Source of the DNA: a virus
Lineage: Duplodnaviria; Heunggongvirae; Uroviricota; Caudoviricetes
DNA length: 28,284 nucleotides
Direction: 5' to 3' (one strand)
IMG/VR virus record: IMGVR_UViG_2713896773_000001
Part shown: positions 17,927 to 27,157 of the stretch, one piece after another
How the letters are laid out: every line of letters starts with the position of its first letter
Numbering within the stretch: position 1 is the stretch's first letter
Program-made: the position numbers and the translations under genes
The notes under the pieces: generated by a model
Databases searched by the model: none
Told to the model about the DNA's origin: nothing
What the model saw: only the letters and a program-made list of their open reading frames with translations

Positions 17927-18367
17927 ATGGCAACTTATTCTTTTCTCGATGTAACCGCGTCGCTCACCGGGCCGACCGGAGTTATCGATCTTGGTCAGGG
18001 TTCTGCGAACTCTGAGGAAGGTATCACCCAGACCATGGGCGGCAACAAAAACACCATGACCATCGGTGCCGATGGCGAGGTGATGCACAGCCTGCACGCC
18101 GATAAGTCAGGCACCATTACGGTGACGCTGCTGAAAACCTCCCCGGTGAACAAGAAGCTGTCTCTGGCGTATAACGCGCAAAGCCAGTCCTCTGCCACCT
18201 GGGGAAATAACGTGATCGTCATTCGCAACACGGCATCGGGTGATATTTCTACTGCGCGTTCGTGTGCATTCCAGAAACAGCCTGATTTCAATAACGCTAA
18301 AGAGGGCGGAACCGTCGCCTGGGTATTCGACTGCGGCAAGATTGACCAGCTTCTCGGGGAGTTTTAA
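17927..18367 (+). CDS. tail tube protein (DUF3277-like)
   Basis: 146 aa, AAGGAG upstream, located between the sheath and chaperone genes. Confidence 0.65.
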   Translation: MATYSFLDVTASLTGPTGVIDLGQGSANSEEGITQTMGGNKNTMTIGADGEVMHSLHADKSGTITVTLLKTSPVNKKLSLAYNAQSQSSATWGNNVIVIRNTASGDISTARSCAFQKQPDFNNAKEGGTVAWVFDCGKIDQLLGEF

Positions 18368-18370
18368 CGC

Positions 18371-18796
18371 ATGGAATTCGAAATTAAAGGCGTGAAATAT
18401 CGCACCGCAAAGCTCAGCGTTTTCGAACAGCTGAAGGTGTCCCGCAAGCTGTTGCCGGTTCTGGCCGGGATGGTTTCGGACTTCCGGAGCGTTCAGGAGA
18501 AGATCAGCAGCAAAGACACCGAAGGCGCGATGGCTACCATCCTGCCAAAGATTGCCAATGCTGTGTCCGATCTGAGTGATGGCGACGTGGACGCTATCCT
18601 GTTCCCCTGTCTTTCCGTTGTTTCACGCGAGCACATGAAAGGCTGGGTGCCGGTCTGCCAGCATGGCGAAATGGCGTTTGACGATATCGACCTGCTTACC
18701 ATGCTGCAACTGGTGGCGCGGGTGGTCGCCGACTCGCTGGGAAATTTTTTGCAAGGACTCCCTACCAGCGAGACGCCCACCCCGCCAGCGGAATAA
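18371..18796 (+). CDS. tail assembly chaperone (G-like product)
   Basis: Small acidic protein directly upstream of the tape measure gene; contains a slippery site near its 3' end. Confidence 0.6.
   Translation: MEFEIKGVKYRTAKLSVFEQLKVSRKLLPVLAGMVSDFRSVQEKISSKDTEGAMATILPKIANAVSDLSDGDVDAILFPCLSVVSREHMKGWVPVCQHGEMAFDDIDLLTMLQLVARVVADSLGNFLQGLPTSETPTPPAE
18742..18751 (+). promoter_or_regulatory. candidate -1 programmed frameshift slippery site (A AAT TTT and T TTT TTG heptamers in the chaperone frame)
   Basis: AAATTTTTTG lies in the 0 frame as gga-AAT-TTT-TTG; the -1 frame is open from here to 18984. Confidence 0.5.
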
Positions 18797-18984
18797 CCTT
18801 CAACAGCCTGCCGGGCGGTGAAGATTTTATTCTTCGTCCGGCGCTTGCCTTCCATATTGACCAGAAAGACCTTAACAGCGGTGCGGTAGACCTTTGCCGC
18901 ATCGCGCTTCTCAATGACTACCTCGACATGCGCGAGGATAACGACGCCCGGGTAGATAAATGGAGAGCGGCCAATGAGCGGTAA
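18745..18984 (+). CDS. -1 frame extension of the tail assembly chaperone (GT-like fusion product)
   Basis: About 79 codons open in the -1 frame, with no start codon of its own, ending just inside the tape measure gene. Confidence 0.5.
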   Translation, partial: FFARTPYQRDAHPASGITFNSLPGGEDFILRPALAFHIDQKDLNSGAVDLCRIALLNDYLDMREDNDARVDKWRAANER

Positions 18985-21241
18985 CGCAGATACGATTAAA
19001 GATTTCCTTGTTTCGCTGGGATTCGATATCGATCAGGCTGGCGCTAATAAGTTTGAAGCCGTGCTGAAAGGCGTTACCGCGAACGTTCTGAAGGTCGGCG
19101 CGGTGGTGGAAGGCGCAGCGCTGAGCATTGTCGGATTTACCACCCAGATCGCGAATGGTCTGGATAAAATTTACTGGGCATCCCAGCGGACGGGGGCCAG
19201 CGTCCAGGGCATCAAAGCGCTGGGCTATGCCGCATCGCAAACGGGTGCCAGCGCCGAGTCGGCCATGTCCTCCCTCGAAGGGCTGGCCGGTTTCATGCGT
19301 AGCAATCCGGGGGCGGAAGGCTTCCTGAACCGTCTGGGTGTCCAGACCCGTGATGCCAGCGGAAAGATGCGTGATACTGCGGCCATCTTTACTGGCGTTG
19401 GGCAAAAGCTCAACAACATGCCGTATTACCGCGCGAAGCAATACGCGCAGATGCTCGGCATCGATGAAAACACGCTGATGGCGATGCGGCGCGGCATGAA
19501 TGGCTTTACCGCCGATTACCAGTCTATGCTGCAAAAGACGGGGTTCAACGCTGATAAGGCAGCCGTTCAGTCCAACAAATTCATGACGTCCATGCGCGGG
19601 CTTACGTCGCTGTTCGGCATTATGCGGGACAAGATCGGCTCAAACCTCGCTGGTGGTCTTGCTGGTTCGCTGGACAGCCTGCGGCGGCGCATCCTCGACA
19701 ACTTCCCGAAGATTGAAGAGACGCTGACCAGAGTTATTAAAGGCGTGATCTGGCTTGCGAACGCCTTCACGCGAATGGCGTGGCGGCTCATACAGGGCGC
19801 TGGCTTTGTCATTGACTGGTGGAAGCGTCTTGACGATGGCAGTAAAAATCTGCTGAAAATATTCGGTGCTCTACTTGTCGCATGGCGTCTGCTTAATTCT
19901 GCGTTCCTGAAATCCCCGATTGGAATTATCACCACGCTGATTCTGGCGATCGGATTACTCTATGACGATTATCAGACGTGGAAAGAAGGCGGTAAAAGCC
20001 TGATTGACTGGAGCAAGTGGGAGCCTGCAATAGAAAAGGCGAAAAAGGCAATTCTCTGGCTGCGCGATAAGCTTCTGGGGCTGAAAGATTCTGTTGGTGG
20101 ATGGCAGAACTCGCTGGAAATTTTGGCTACCTTCATTGCTGGGGTTTGGGTAACAAAAGTGCTAGGAGCGTTCGCAAAAATATCCGGCCTTCCGATACCC
20201 CCCTGGCTTAAATTATGGGGATTGTATGCCGGTTATGTGGTTTCAGATCGTGAAAACATAAAAGCCAGTGCGCAATCGTCGTGGAATTACGCAAAAAGGA
20301 ACGTTGGCGACGCTCTTGCAGCGATCGGCATCAAAACCGATCTTGGGCGCAAAGACGTTAGCGAGGTACGGGAGTGGCCTGCATGGATGGATTGGCTGCA
20401 TGGTGGCCCAGGTAAGATTATTCGTCAAGCGCAAAGCAATGGCGTCGTTTATGGCGATAATGTTCAGCCTGACATTCCTGGGGTGGAACAGCATGTTCGT
20501 AGTAATGAAATTGCCCCGCATGAAAGAGATGAAATAAAAAACCGACAGCAGGCTGCTAATGGTTATCTTGAAAAGATCTCAGACGGGATTGCCAAAATCG
20601 GTAATTTACTTTTCTCACCGGCAGGTGCTGCTGAAATCTCTCCAAATATACCGAGCGATCCCACCAAGTTGGCGCAATCAGTTAAACGCCCACAAGCCAC
20701 AGCGCAGGGCAAGGTTTTGCTCGACTGGATGGGGCCATTGTTCAATAAGCTGGAGTCTCTTTATCAGCTGCCTGCTGGCTTGTTGAAAAGCGTGGCGATC
20801 ACCGAGTCGGGTGGTAACCAGTTCGCTGTGTCCGGCGCAGGCGCGAAAGGACTGTTTCAGTTTATGGATGGCACGGCGCGCGACATGGGCCTGCGTGGGA
20901 ATGATGTATTCGACCCGGAAAAGTCAGCTCAGGCAGCCGCTAAGTACCTCAGCCAGCTGTTGCGGCAGAACGGCGGAGACCTTAGCAAAGCACTGGCATC
21001 ATATAACTGGGGGATCGGGAATGTTAAGCGTTATGGAATGGGGCTAATGCCGCAGGAAACGCGCAACTACATTCCGAAAGTAATGAGCAATATGCCCACC
21101 AGCGCCCCGGTGATTCAGCAGGAAACGAATATTAACATCCACGGCGTTTTCGATCCGCGCGAGGCTGCCCGTTTGACTGTTGACCGTCAAAAGGGCGTGA
21201 ATTCACAGTTAACCCAGCAACTCCCCGCAGGACCGAGATAA
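18974..21241 (+). CDS. tail tape measure protein with C-terminal lytic transglycosylase (SLT) domain
   Basis: 755 aa with a hydrophobic central region; C-terminal AITESGGNQFAVSGAGAKGLFQFMDGTA...AAKYLSQL...YNWG matches the SLT catalytic region. Confidence 0.85.
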   Translation: MSGNADTIKDFLVSLGFDIDQAGANKFEAVLKGVTANVLKVGAVVEGAALSIVGFTTQIANGLDKIYWASQRTGASVQGIKALGYAASQTGASAESAMSSLEGLAGFMRSNPGAEGFLNRLGVQTRDASGKMRDTAAIFTGVGQKLNNMPYYRAKQYAQMLGIDENTLMAMRRGMNGFTADYQSMLQKTGFNADKAAVQSNKFMTSMRGLTSLFGIMRDKIGSNLAGGLAGSLDSLRRRILDNFPKIEETLTRVIKGVIWLANAFTRMAWRLIQGAGFVIDWWKRLDDGSKNLLKIFGALLVAWRLLNSAFLKSPIGIITTLILAIGLLYDDYQTWKEGGKSLIDWSKWEPAIEKAKKAILWLRDKLLGLKDSVGGWQNSLEILATFIAGVWVTKVLGAFAKISGLPIPPWLKLWGLYAGYVVSDRENIKASAQSSWNYAKRNVGDALAAIGIKTDLGRKDVSEVREWPAWMDWLHGGPGKIIRQAQSNGVVYGDNVQPDIPGVEQHVRSNEIAPHERDEIKNRQQAANGYLEKISDGIAKIGNLLFSPAGAAEISPNIPSDPTKLAQSVKRPQATAQGKVLLDWMGPLFNKLESLYQLPAGLLKSVAITESGGNQFAVSGAGAKGLFQFMDGTARDMGLRGNDVFDPEKSAQAAAKYLSQLLRQNGGDLSKALASYNWGIGNVKRYGMGLMPQETRNYIPKVMSNMPTSAPVIQQETNINIHGVFDPREAARLTVDRQKGVNSQLTQQLPAGPR

Positions 21242-21867
21242 TGGATATTTTATCAGCGATTTTTCGCCAGCAATCCCGGCGAATTGGCATATTAATTCCC
21301 AGCGTGGTCGTCTCCGAAAAGCATTCTGATGCGCTCGAAATTACTGAGCATCCGGTGGAGAAGCCAACAACGAATAGCGCGTCGGGTTTCATCGCCGATC
21401 ATGCATATAAACGTCCCAGCGAAGTCACAATGGAATGCGGCTTCGCTGGTGGCGGTTCGTTGCTGGACTTCATTGATACATCTTCAATCGGTCTTAGCGC
21501 TGGGCTTAGCCCAAAGGAGACATACCAAAAGCTGCTGGATATGCAGCTTGAGCGCGTACCGTTCGATGTGGTTACCGGGAAGAGGGTGTACACCAATATG
21601 CTGGTGCGTGCCATTGAGGTGACGACCGATAAAACCAGCGAGAACGTGCTGAACTGCACGCTTACCCTGCGTGAAGTGATCATGTCGCAGACATTTAAAA
21701 AGCAGGTCGCAGATAAGTCGGATATGCAGGACGGGGTTAGTACATCTGCGGTGCAGAATTCCGGGACTAAATCCACCACCCCAGTAAATGAATCGGTAAT
21801 TAAGTCAACAGGGTGGTTTGATGGACTAAAAGGAACCAGTCTTGGTAACTCTATAGGTATCCAATGA
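21241..21867 (+). CDS. hypothetical tail / baseplate protein
   Basis: TAATG-coupled ORF following the tape measure gene. Confidence 0.45.
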   Translation: MDILSAIFRQQSRRIGILIPSVVVSEKHSDALEITEHPVEKPTTNSASGFIADHAYKRPSEVTMECGFAGGGSLLDFIDTSSIGLSAGLSPKETYQKLLDMQLERVPFDVVTGKRVYTNMLVRAIEVTTDKTSENVLNCTLTLREVIMSQTFKKQVADKSDMQDGVSTSAVQNSGTKSTTPVNESVIKSTGWFDGLKGTSLGNSIGIQ

Positions 21868-22169
21868 ATGTAACTGAAATCCCTTTATCGCCGGATAACC
21901 AGCTATTTCGCATTCAGTTAGCAGAGACAACATACACGCTGAGAGTCATTTGGCGTGATTCTGCTGGCTGGATTCTGGATGTACAAGATAGCAGTGGCGA
22001 ACCGCTTCTTTCTGGCGTGCCGCTGGTAACCGGTGTAAATCTTCTTGAGCAATATCCTCAACTAGGTATTAACGGGGCGCTGCTCGTTGGCTGCGATGTA
22101 GGCGCACCGGACGAGCCCACCAAAACCAACCTCGGCATATACAGCCACCTCATTTTCGTGCAGGAGTAG
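21864..22169 (+). CDS. hypothetical small baseplate-associated protein
   Basis: ATGA-coupled ORF. Confidence 0.45.
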   Translation: MNVTEIPLSPDNQLFRIQLAETTYTLRVIWRDSAGWILDVQDSSGEPLLSGVPLVTGVNLLEQYPQLGINGALLVGCDVGAPDEPTKTNLGIYSHLIFVQE

Positions 22170-22171
22170 AA

Positions 22172-23236
22172 ATGTCTCTTAACTGGATGCGCCATTTTGA
22201 GCTGCAACTGTTGGACCAGAACGGGCAGGGCGTTTCCCTGTCTGATTTTAAGGTCACGTTCCAGATCGAGTGGGCAGATACACGCTGGCCGCGAGTGGCG
22301 AACGTGAAAATTTACAACCTTTCGACCGATACCACGAACAAGATACTGGGGCAGGAGTTTGCAAAAATTCGCATCATTGCCGGGTATGACGGTATTGCGC
22401 CGGATGTTGATGCGAGCCAGGTTGGTGTCGCCCGGGAGATTTCACCAGACCAGGTAGGGCAGGTGAACGGTCAGAACTACGGCCTGATATTTGACGGTGA
22501 TATTCGCTTCACCGTCACCGGGAAGGACAACATCACCGATTCCTGGGTGCTGATTCAGGCCATCAGTAACCACGAAGCGTTCCTCTACGCGACTACCATC
22601 ACCACGCTTGCCGCTGGCTATACCGTTGCGGATCTGCACCGGGCGACGATGCAGGATTTCAACGCGTTCGGCGTGACACAGGGCATTACCGGCGATTTTC
22701 CTGATACCGTGTTTCCTCGTGGCCGCGCGATTTACTCATCCAGCCGCAACGTGATGGATAATATTGCTGCGCAGTGTAAAGCAACATGGCAACTGGTGGA
22801 TGGTCAGGTCCAGATGGTGCCTGAAGATAAATATATTCACGAAGCCATTGTGTTGAATGCTGATACTGGCCTGATCGGTATGCCGCAACAGACGATGGGC
22901 GGCGGCGTAAACGTGCGGTGCCTGATAAACCCGAACATCCGCATTAATGGTCTTATCCAGCTCGATCAGGCTTCGGTGTACCGCGCCGCGCTCGGCAATA
23001 GCGAAATCGCACAGTCGCCCGGGCGTATCACCGAAACAGAAGAGAACGGCAACCGTGTGCTGACCGGCACGACGTCACAGGCTGCCAGCATTGCGACGGA
23101 TGGCGTTTATATCGTCAAAGCTATCGACTATACTGGCGACACCAGAGGTCAGGCGTGGTACATGGATTTGATGTGTTTTGCGCGTGGCAGCCGTGATTTA
23201 GTTAATACTAGTGCTATGCAAAAAACAAACTACTGA
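22172..23236 (+). CDS. putative baseplate hub-type protein
   Basis: 354 aa, AGGAG upstream, positioned before the spike and wedge genes. The last codons are AT-rich, at the border of the cargo island. Confidence 0.5.
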   Translation: MSLNWMRHFELQLLDQNGQGVSLSDFKVTFQIEWADTRWPRVANVKIYNLSTDTTNKILGQEFAKIRIIAGYDGIAPDVDASQVGVAREISPDQVGQVNGQNYGLIFDGDIRFTVTGKDNITDSWVLIQAISNHEAFLYATTITTLAAGYTVADLHRATMQDFNAFGVTQGITGDFPDTVFPRGRAIYSSSRNVMDNIAAQCKATWQLVDGQVQMVPEDKYIHEAIVLNADTGLIGMPQQTMGGGVNVRCLINPNIRINGLIQLDQASVYRAALGNSEIAQSPGRITETEENGNRVLTGTTSQAASIATDGVYIVKAIDYTGDTRGQAWYMDLMCFARGSRDLVNTSAMQKTNY

Positions 23237-23246
23237 GGTACGGGAT

Positions 23247-23582
23247 GTGAAACTCGTAATTTTTACCATTGCAGCATTATTTTCTTTCCAGGCTATTGCT
23301 GATTCTCAGTGTGGTGATTTCAAAATCCATTGGGCTGATGATGGCTTTGCTCGCGTAAACGGAGCTAAACCAGAATCGCAAAAAGTGACATTTCTTAAAA
23401 ATGACGGTGATTATAACAACGTCAAAATTGAATGGCGTTTAGCTACAAATCAACCCGGACGATGGGTAGGCATGGAGTTTATTGGCCGTAATGGTAAAGC
23501 AATCCTGAATGCTCAGTGGCTGCAAGCCAGCATGAACGCGCCGCGACAGTACGCAACATACGACTGCGTGAAGGTGAAGTAG
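23247..23582 (+). CDS. small secreted protein (cleavable signal peptide, two Cys), moron-type cargo; GTG start
   Basis: GAGG upstream of GTG 23247; N-terminal KLVIFTIAALFSFQAIA then DSQCG...; AT-rich compared with the flanking tail genes. Confidence 0.5.
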   Translation: MKLVIFTIAALFSFQAIADSQCGDFKIHWADDGFARVNGAKPESQKVTFLKNDGDYNNVKIEWRLATNQPGRWVGMEFIGRNGKAILNAQWLQASMNAPRQYATYDCVKVK

Positions 23583-23590
23583 GTATAAAG

Positions 23591-23614
23591 AAAAAGCGCC
23601 GGGTTGACCGGCGC
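23591..23614 (-). terminator. stem-loop (GCGCCGG-GTTGA-CCGGCGC) with a T-run on the minus strand; terminator for the minus-strand cargo gene, possibly bidirectional
   Basis: Perfect 7-bp GC stem; AAAAA on the + side gives TTTTT after the hairpin for a minus-strand transcript. Confidence 0.5.
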
Positions 23615-23620
23615 GCCAAG

Positions 23621-23971
23621 TTATTCCTCTTTGAAGCTGATGTTCTTGCACTGCTCCATTACTTCAATCAGTTCTTTTGACGTCAGGTTTTCTACTTCGA
23701 TTTTACCTTTCTCTGTGGTCATTGTTATTTTTTTGGATGATCTGGTCTGTATCCATTTTCTTGCGATAGATGCAATGGCTATACAAGCTGGTGACGACGT
23801 GGCTACGATGATAGTTATGTCGACGAGCGTGCCAACCGCATTAATTGAGTCAGCAGTTCTGATTCGTCTGCGTATTTTATAGTCGCTTTCAGGTATGTTA
23901 TCCTGGATTATGGAGAGCAATTCTTTGCCTATTGCTGGAGTAAATTTTATGGTTGTTTCTGATTTTGGCAT
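23621..23971 (-). CDS. hypothetical small protein with a central hydrophobic (membrane-type) segment, moron-type cargo
   Basis: 116-aa minus-strand ORF in the AT-rich island, K/E/I-rich with AVGTLVDITIIVATSSPACIAIASIA segment; terminator immediately downstream on its own strand. Confidence 0.45.
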   Translation of the reverse strand: MPKSETTIKFTPAIGKELLSIIQDNIPESDYKIRRRIRTADSINAVGTLVDITIIVATSSPACIAIASIARKWIQTRSSKKITMTTEKGKIEVENLTSKELIEVMEQCKNISFKEE

Positions 23972-24110
23972 AAAGGTATCCGGCCCCTATCGTGAGAAGC
24001 TAAAAATTGCCTTGCGGCTTTTTCTTGGCAGCCTGTATCTCGCTACGAACCACGACGTTACCGTGGTTTTAAGCAAGACCTACATTCAGGGCTGCAAAGA
24101 AGATAAATAG
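23949..24110 (+). CDS. candidate small ORF (53 aa from ATG 23949) in the cargo island
   Basis: GGAG 8 nt upstream of ATG 23949; followed by a + strand terminator. Its 5' end overlaps the minus-strand gene start, so one of the two models may be wrong. Confidence 0.3.
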   Translation: MVVSDFGIKVSGPYREKLKIALRLFLGSLYLATNHDVTVVLSKTYIQGCKEDK

Positions 24111-24150
24111 CACGGACAAATCAGCCCTCAAACCCTGACATTTGATCAGT

Positions 24151-24175
24151 AACCCGCCGCCGAGCGGGTTTTTTT
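24151..24175 (+). terminator. rho-independent terminator (AACCCGC-CGCCGA-GCGGGTT followed by a T-run) directly upstream of the baseplate spike gene
   Basis: GC stem plus 7 T on the + strand. Confidence 0.6.
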
Positions 24176-24186
24176 ATGGAGTTTTT

Positions 24187-24927
24187 ATGCCAATTCCAAC
24201 TCAATCACAGATCGGCGGAGAGCAGCAGACCGCGCAGGCCATTGCCGATTCGGTGTCTGCCCAGATGCGCGTGGCGATGCCAGGCATCATTCAGTCGTTC
24301 GATCCTGCCGCTGTAACCTGCACAGTAGAAGTGGCGCTTCGCGGTATTGTTGGCGATGGTTCCACCGAATTAAAACCGCTGGTGGATGTGCCGGTCATCT
24401 TCCCGCGCGGCGGCGGTTGCACGCTGACCTTTCCGGTAAAAGAAGGCGACGAGTGCCTCCTGATTTTTGCTGACCGTTGCATCGATTTTTGGTGGCAGAG
24501 CGGCGGCGTTCAGGAGACCGTCGACCCGCGCCAGCATGACTTATCTGATGCGTTCGCCATCGTTGGCCCGCAGTCGCAAGCACAGAAAATCAGCGGTATC
24601 AGTACCAGCGCCGCGCAGCTGCGAACCGATGATGGCGCGGCGTTCGTAGAGGTCGCCGCAGGACATAACATCACCATTAAAACGCCGGGCCAGCTTACGG
24701 CTACGGCTGAAGGTGGAACGACAATCACATCCCCGACTATCACGCTGAACGGCAACGTAACGATTAACGGTAACCTGTCTCAGGGAATGGGAGAAAGTGG
24801 TGGTACTGCGACGATGCTTGGGCCGGTTACGGTAACGAATGATGTGACAGCTTCAGGTATAAGTGTCGCCACGCATAAACATGGCGGAGTTCAGACAGGC
24901 GGGGGAACTACTGGAGGGCCGCAATAA
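24187..24927 (+). CDS. putative baseplate spike protein (gpV-like)
   Basis: GGAG upstream; C-terminal Gly/Thr-rich repeat region (TITLNGNVTINGNLSQG...) typical of spikes; position before the wedge genes. Confidence 0.55.
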   Translation: MPIPTQSQIGGEQQTAQAIADSVSAQMRVAMPGIIQSFDPAAVTCTVEVALRGIVGDGSTELKPLVDVPVIFPRGGGCTLTFPVKEGDECLLIFADRCIDFWWQSGGVQETVDPRQHDLSDAFAIVGPQSQAQKISGISTSAAQLRTDDGAAFVEVAAGHNITIKTPGQLTATAEGGTTITSPTITLNGNVTINGNLSQGMGESGGTATMLGPVTVTNDVTASGISVATHKHGGVQTGGGTTGGPQ

Positions 24928-25280
24928 TGCGATACCGTCGCGAAGATGCTGACGGCGATTACACTTTCGGGCAGGGTGACGATACCTTCCTTATCGACAG
25001 CCCGGAGTGTGTCGCCCAGGCCGTAAAAACCCGTTTCGAGCTGTGGCGCGGTCAGTGGTTTCTCGATCTGACGGAAGGCACGCCGTATGTTCAGTCAGTG
25101 CTTGGGAAGCAGCGATCAGATGTCTACATCCTGGCTATACGCGAACGCATACAGGATACACCGGGCGTTCTGTCGATTCTTTCCTTCGATACCAATTATG
25201 ACGGCACCAGCCGTCGCGTCACCTTCACTTCCTCCATTGACACAATCTACGGCCAGACGACTGTAACAAGCGAGGCATAA
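24927..25280 (+). CDS. small baseplate wedge protein (gp25/W-like)
   Basis: 117 aa, TAATG-coupled, located between the spike and J-like genes. Confidence 0.45.
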   Translation: MRYRREDADGDYTFGQGDDTFLIDSPECVAQAVKTRFELWRGQWFLDLTEGTPYVQSVLGKQRSDVYILAIRERIQDTPGVLSILSFDTNYDGTSRRVTFTSSIDTIYGQTTVTSEA

Positions 25281-26480
25281 ATGGCTTTGAACCTCGACAC
25301 GCTGGGGCTATCGGCAACGGTAACCGCCCAGGGGATTAGTGCGCCTGATTACCAGACAATCCTTGATACACTGACCAGCTATTTCAGGCAGATTTACGGT
25401 AGTGATGCCTACCTCGAACCAGACAGCAAAGATGGGCAAATGGTCGCGCTGGTGGCTCTTGCGGTGCATGACGCTAACAATACCGCTATCGAGATCTACA
25501 ACTCTTTTTCACCGACGACAGCGCAGGCCGCAGCGCTTAGCAACAATGTGAAAATTAACGGGATCACGCGAAAAGTAGCGACAAACTCTACTGCTGACCT
25601 TCTGTTAACCGGTACGGCAGGCACGACTATCACGAATGGCTCCGCACGGGATAAAAACGGCATTATCTGGAATTTTCCCGCAAGTGTAGCGATCGGCGTT
25701 GATGGTACTGTGCTGGTGACGGCCACATGTGCGAATAGCGGTTCGGTTGCGGCGCTGGCCGGGACTATTACCACTATCAACACCCCGACCCGAGGTTGGG
25801 TGTCGGTAACCAATCCAGTTGCGGCTACTGTCGGTTCACCAGCCGAAACCGACGCAGAGCTGCGCATTCGGCAGGGGCAAAGCGTCGCGCTACCATCGAT
25901 CACACCGTTTGAAGGTGTCGACGGTGCTATCGCTAATGTTGCTGGCGTGACACGTCACAAACTATATGAGAACGACACTGGGGCAACCGACAGCAACGGG
26001 CTGCCGCCACACTCTATTTCCGCCATCGTCGATGGAGGGGATGTTACCGAGATAGCCCAAACAATCCGGGGGAGTAAAGGGCAGGGAACCGCAACTTACG
26101 GTAAAACTTCTGTCACGGTGCCGGATACTTACGGTAATCCACACGTCATCAGTTTTTCGCGCTCTACCGATGTGCCAATTTTCGTAGCCATTACCCTGAA
26201 AGTTTTTACCGGCTATACCTCTCAAATCGGCGAGCAGATTAAACAGGCTGTTGCCGATTATATAAATGGCCTAACAATTGGCGACGACGTTCTGCTGAGC
26301 CGTATTTATTCCCCGGCAAACCTCGGCGTTGTGAGCGGCGGGAATGCCCGCTATTACGATATTACCGACCTGCTGATCGGTAAGTCGTCTGGCAGCGTAT
26401 CGGCATCAAACATTGATATTGCCTATGATGCTTCAGCGTCCTGTAGCACCGCGAATATCAGTATCACGGTGACCTCATGA
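25281..26480 (+). CDS. baseplate J-like protein
   Basis: 399 aa; position and size consistent with baseplate wedge J-family proteins. Confidence 0.6.
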   Translation: MALNLDTLGLSATVTAQGISAPDYQTILDTLTSYFRQIYGSDAYLEPDSKDGQMVALVALAVHDANNTAIEIYNSFSPTTAQAAALSNNVKINGITRKVATNSTADLLLTGTAGTTITNGSARDKNGIIWNFPASVAIGVDGTVLVTATCANSGSVAALAGTITTINTPTRGWVSVTNPVAATVGSPAETDAELRIRQGQSVALPSITPFEGVDGAIANVAGVTRHKLYENDTGATDSNGLPPHSISAIVDGGDVTEIAQTIRGSKGQGTATYGKTSVTVPDTYGNPHVISFSRSTDVPIFVAITLKVFTGYTSQIGEQIKQAVADYINGLTIGDDVLLSRIYSPANLGVVSGGNARYYDITDLLIGKSSGSVSASNIDIAYDASASCSTANISITVTS

Positions 26481-27157
26481 GCAAATACACCGAACTGATC
26501 ACTAACTACCACGCTACCAAGCCACTCTTTTTTGACCATATAGATCTGAGCACCCGCCCGCTGATTGATGTGTCCAGCACTATGTCAGGGCTTATAACAG
26601 CCTTCGATATCGATACTGCTGTCGGTGTACAGCTCGACATCCTCGGTCTGTGGATCGGACGCAGTCGCATAGTCAGCCAGCCAATTAGCGGAGTTTATTT
26701 CAGCTGGGACACTGACTGGCTTGGGTATGACCAGGGCATCTGGCAAGGGCCATATGATCCTGATTCTGGCTATACGACGCTAAGCGATGAGACGTACCGC
26801 ATCATTCTGAAAGCGAAAATCGCTATCAACAACTGGGACGGTCGGAACGACTCTCTGCCTCCCATCCTTGACGCTGCTACCGCAGGCTCAGGCCTGAGGA
26901 TGCAGATCGTCGACAACCAGGACATGACGATTTCGGTCTGGGTTTTCCCTGAAACTGATATTTCTGATGTGTCTCTCGAACTGATCGCCGCTATCAAACA
27001 GGGCTATCTCACCGTTAAATCAGCTGGCGTATGGGCCGGTGATGTTGAAACGCCTTCGGTAGAAACACCGTCAGAAGGCTCTAAATTCTTTGGGTTTGAT
27101 ATGGATAACGAATACATCGGCGGGTTCGATGTTGGAGCATGGGGGACAATACTCTAA
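26477..27157 (+). CDS. baseplate / tail protein (gpI-like)
   Basis: ATGA-coupled ORF between the J-like and tail fiber genes. Confidence 0.45.
   Translation: MSKYTELITNYHATKPLFFDHIDLSTRPLIDVSSTMSGLITAFDIDTAVGVQLDILGLWIGRSRIVSQPISGVYFSWDTDWLGYDQGIWQGPYDPDSGYTTLSDETYRIILKAKIAINNWDGRNDSLPPILDAATAGSGLRMQIVDNQDMTISVWVFPETDISDVSLELIAAIKQGYLTVKSAGVWAGDVETPSVETPSEGSKFFGFDMDNEYIGGFDVGAWGTIL

Noticed and set aside
23604-23882. 92-aa + strand ORF in the cargo island
   Set aside because: Starts inside the terminator hairpin, is extremely hydrophobic with odd composition, and is antisense to a more plausible minus-strand gene that has its own terminator.
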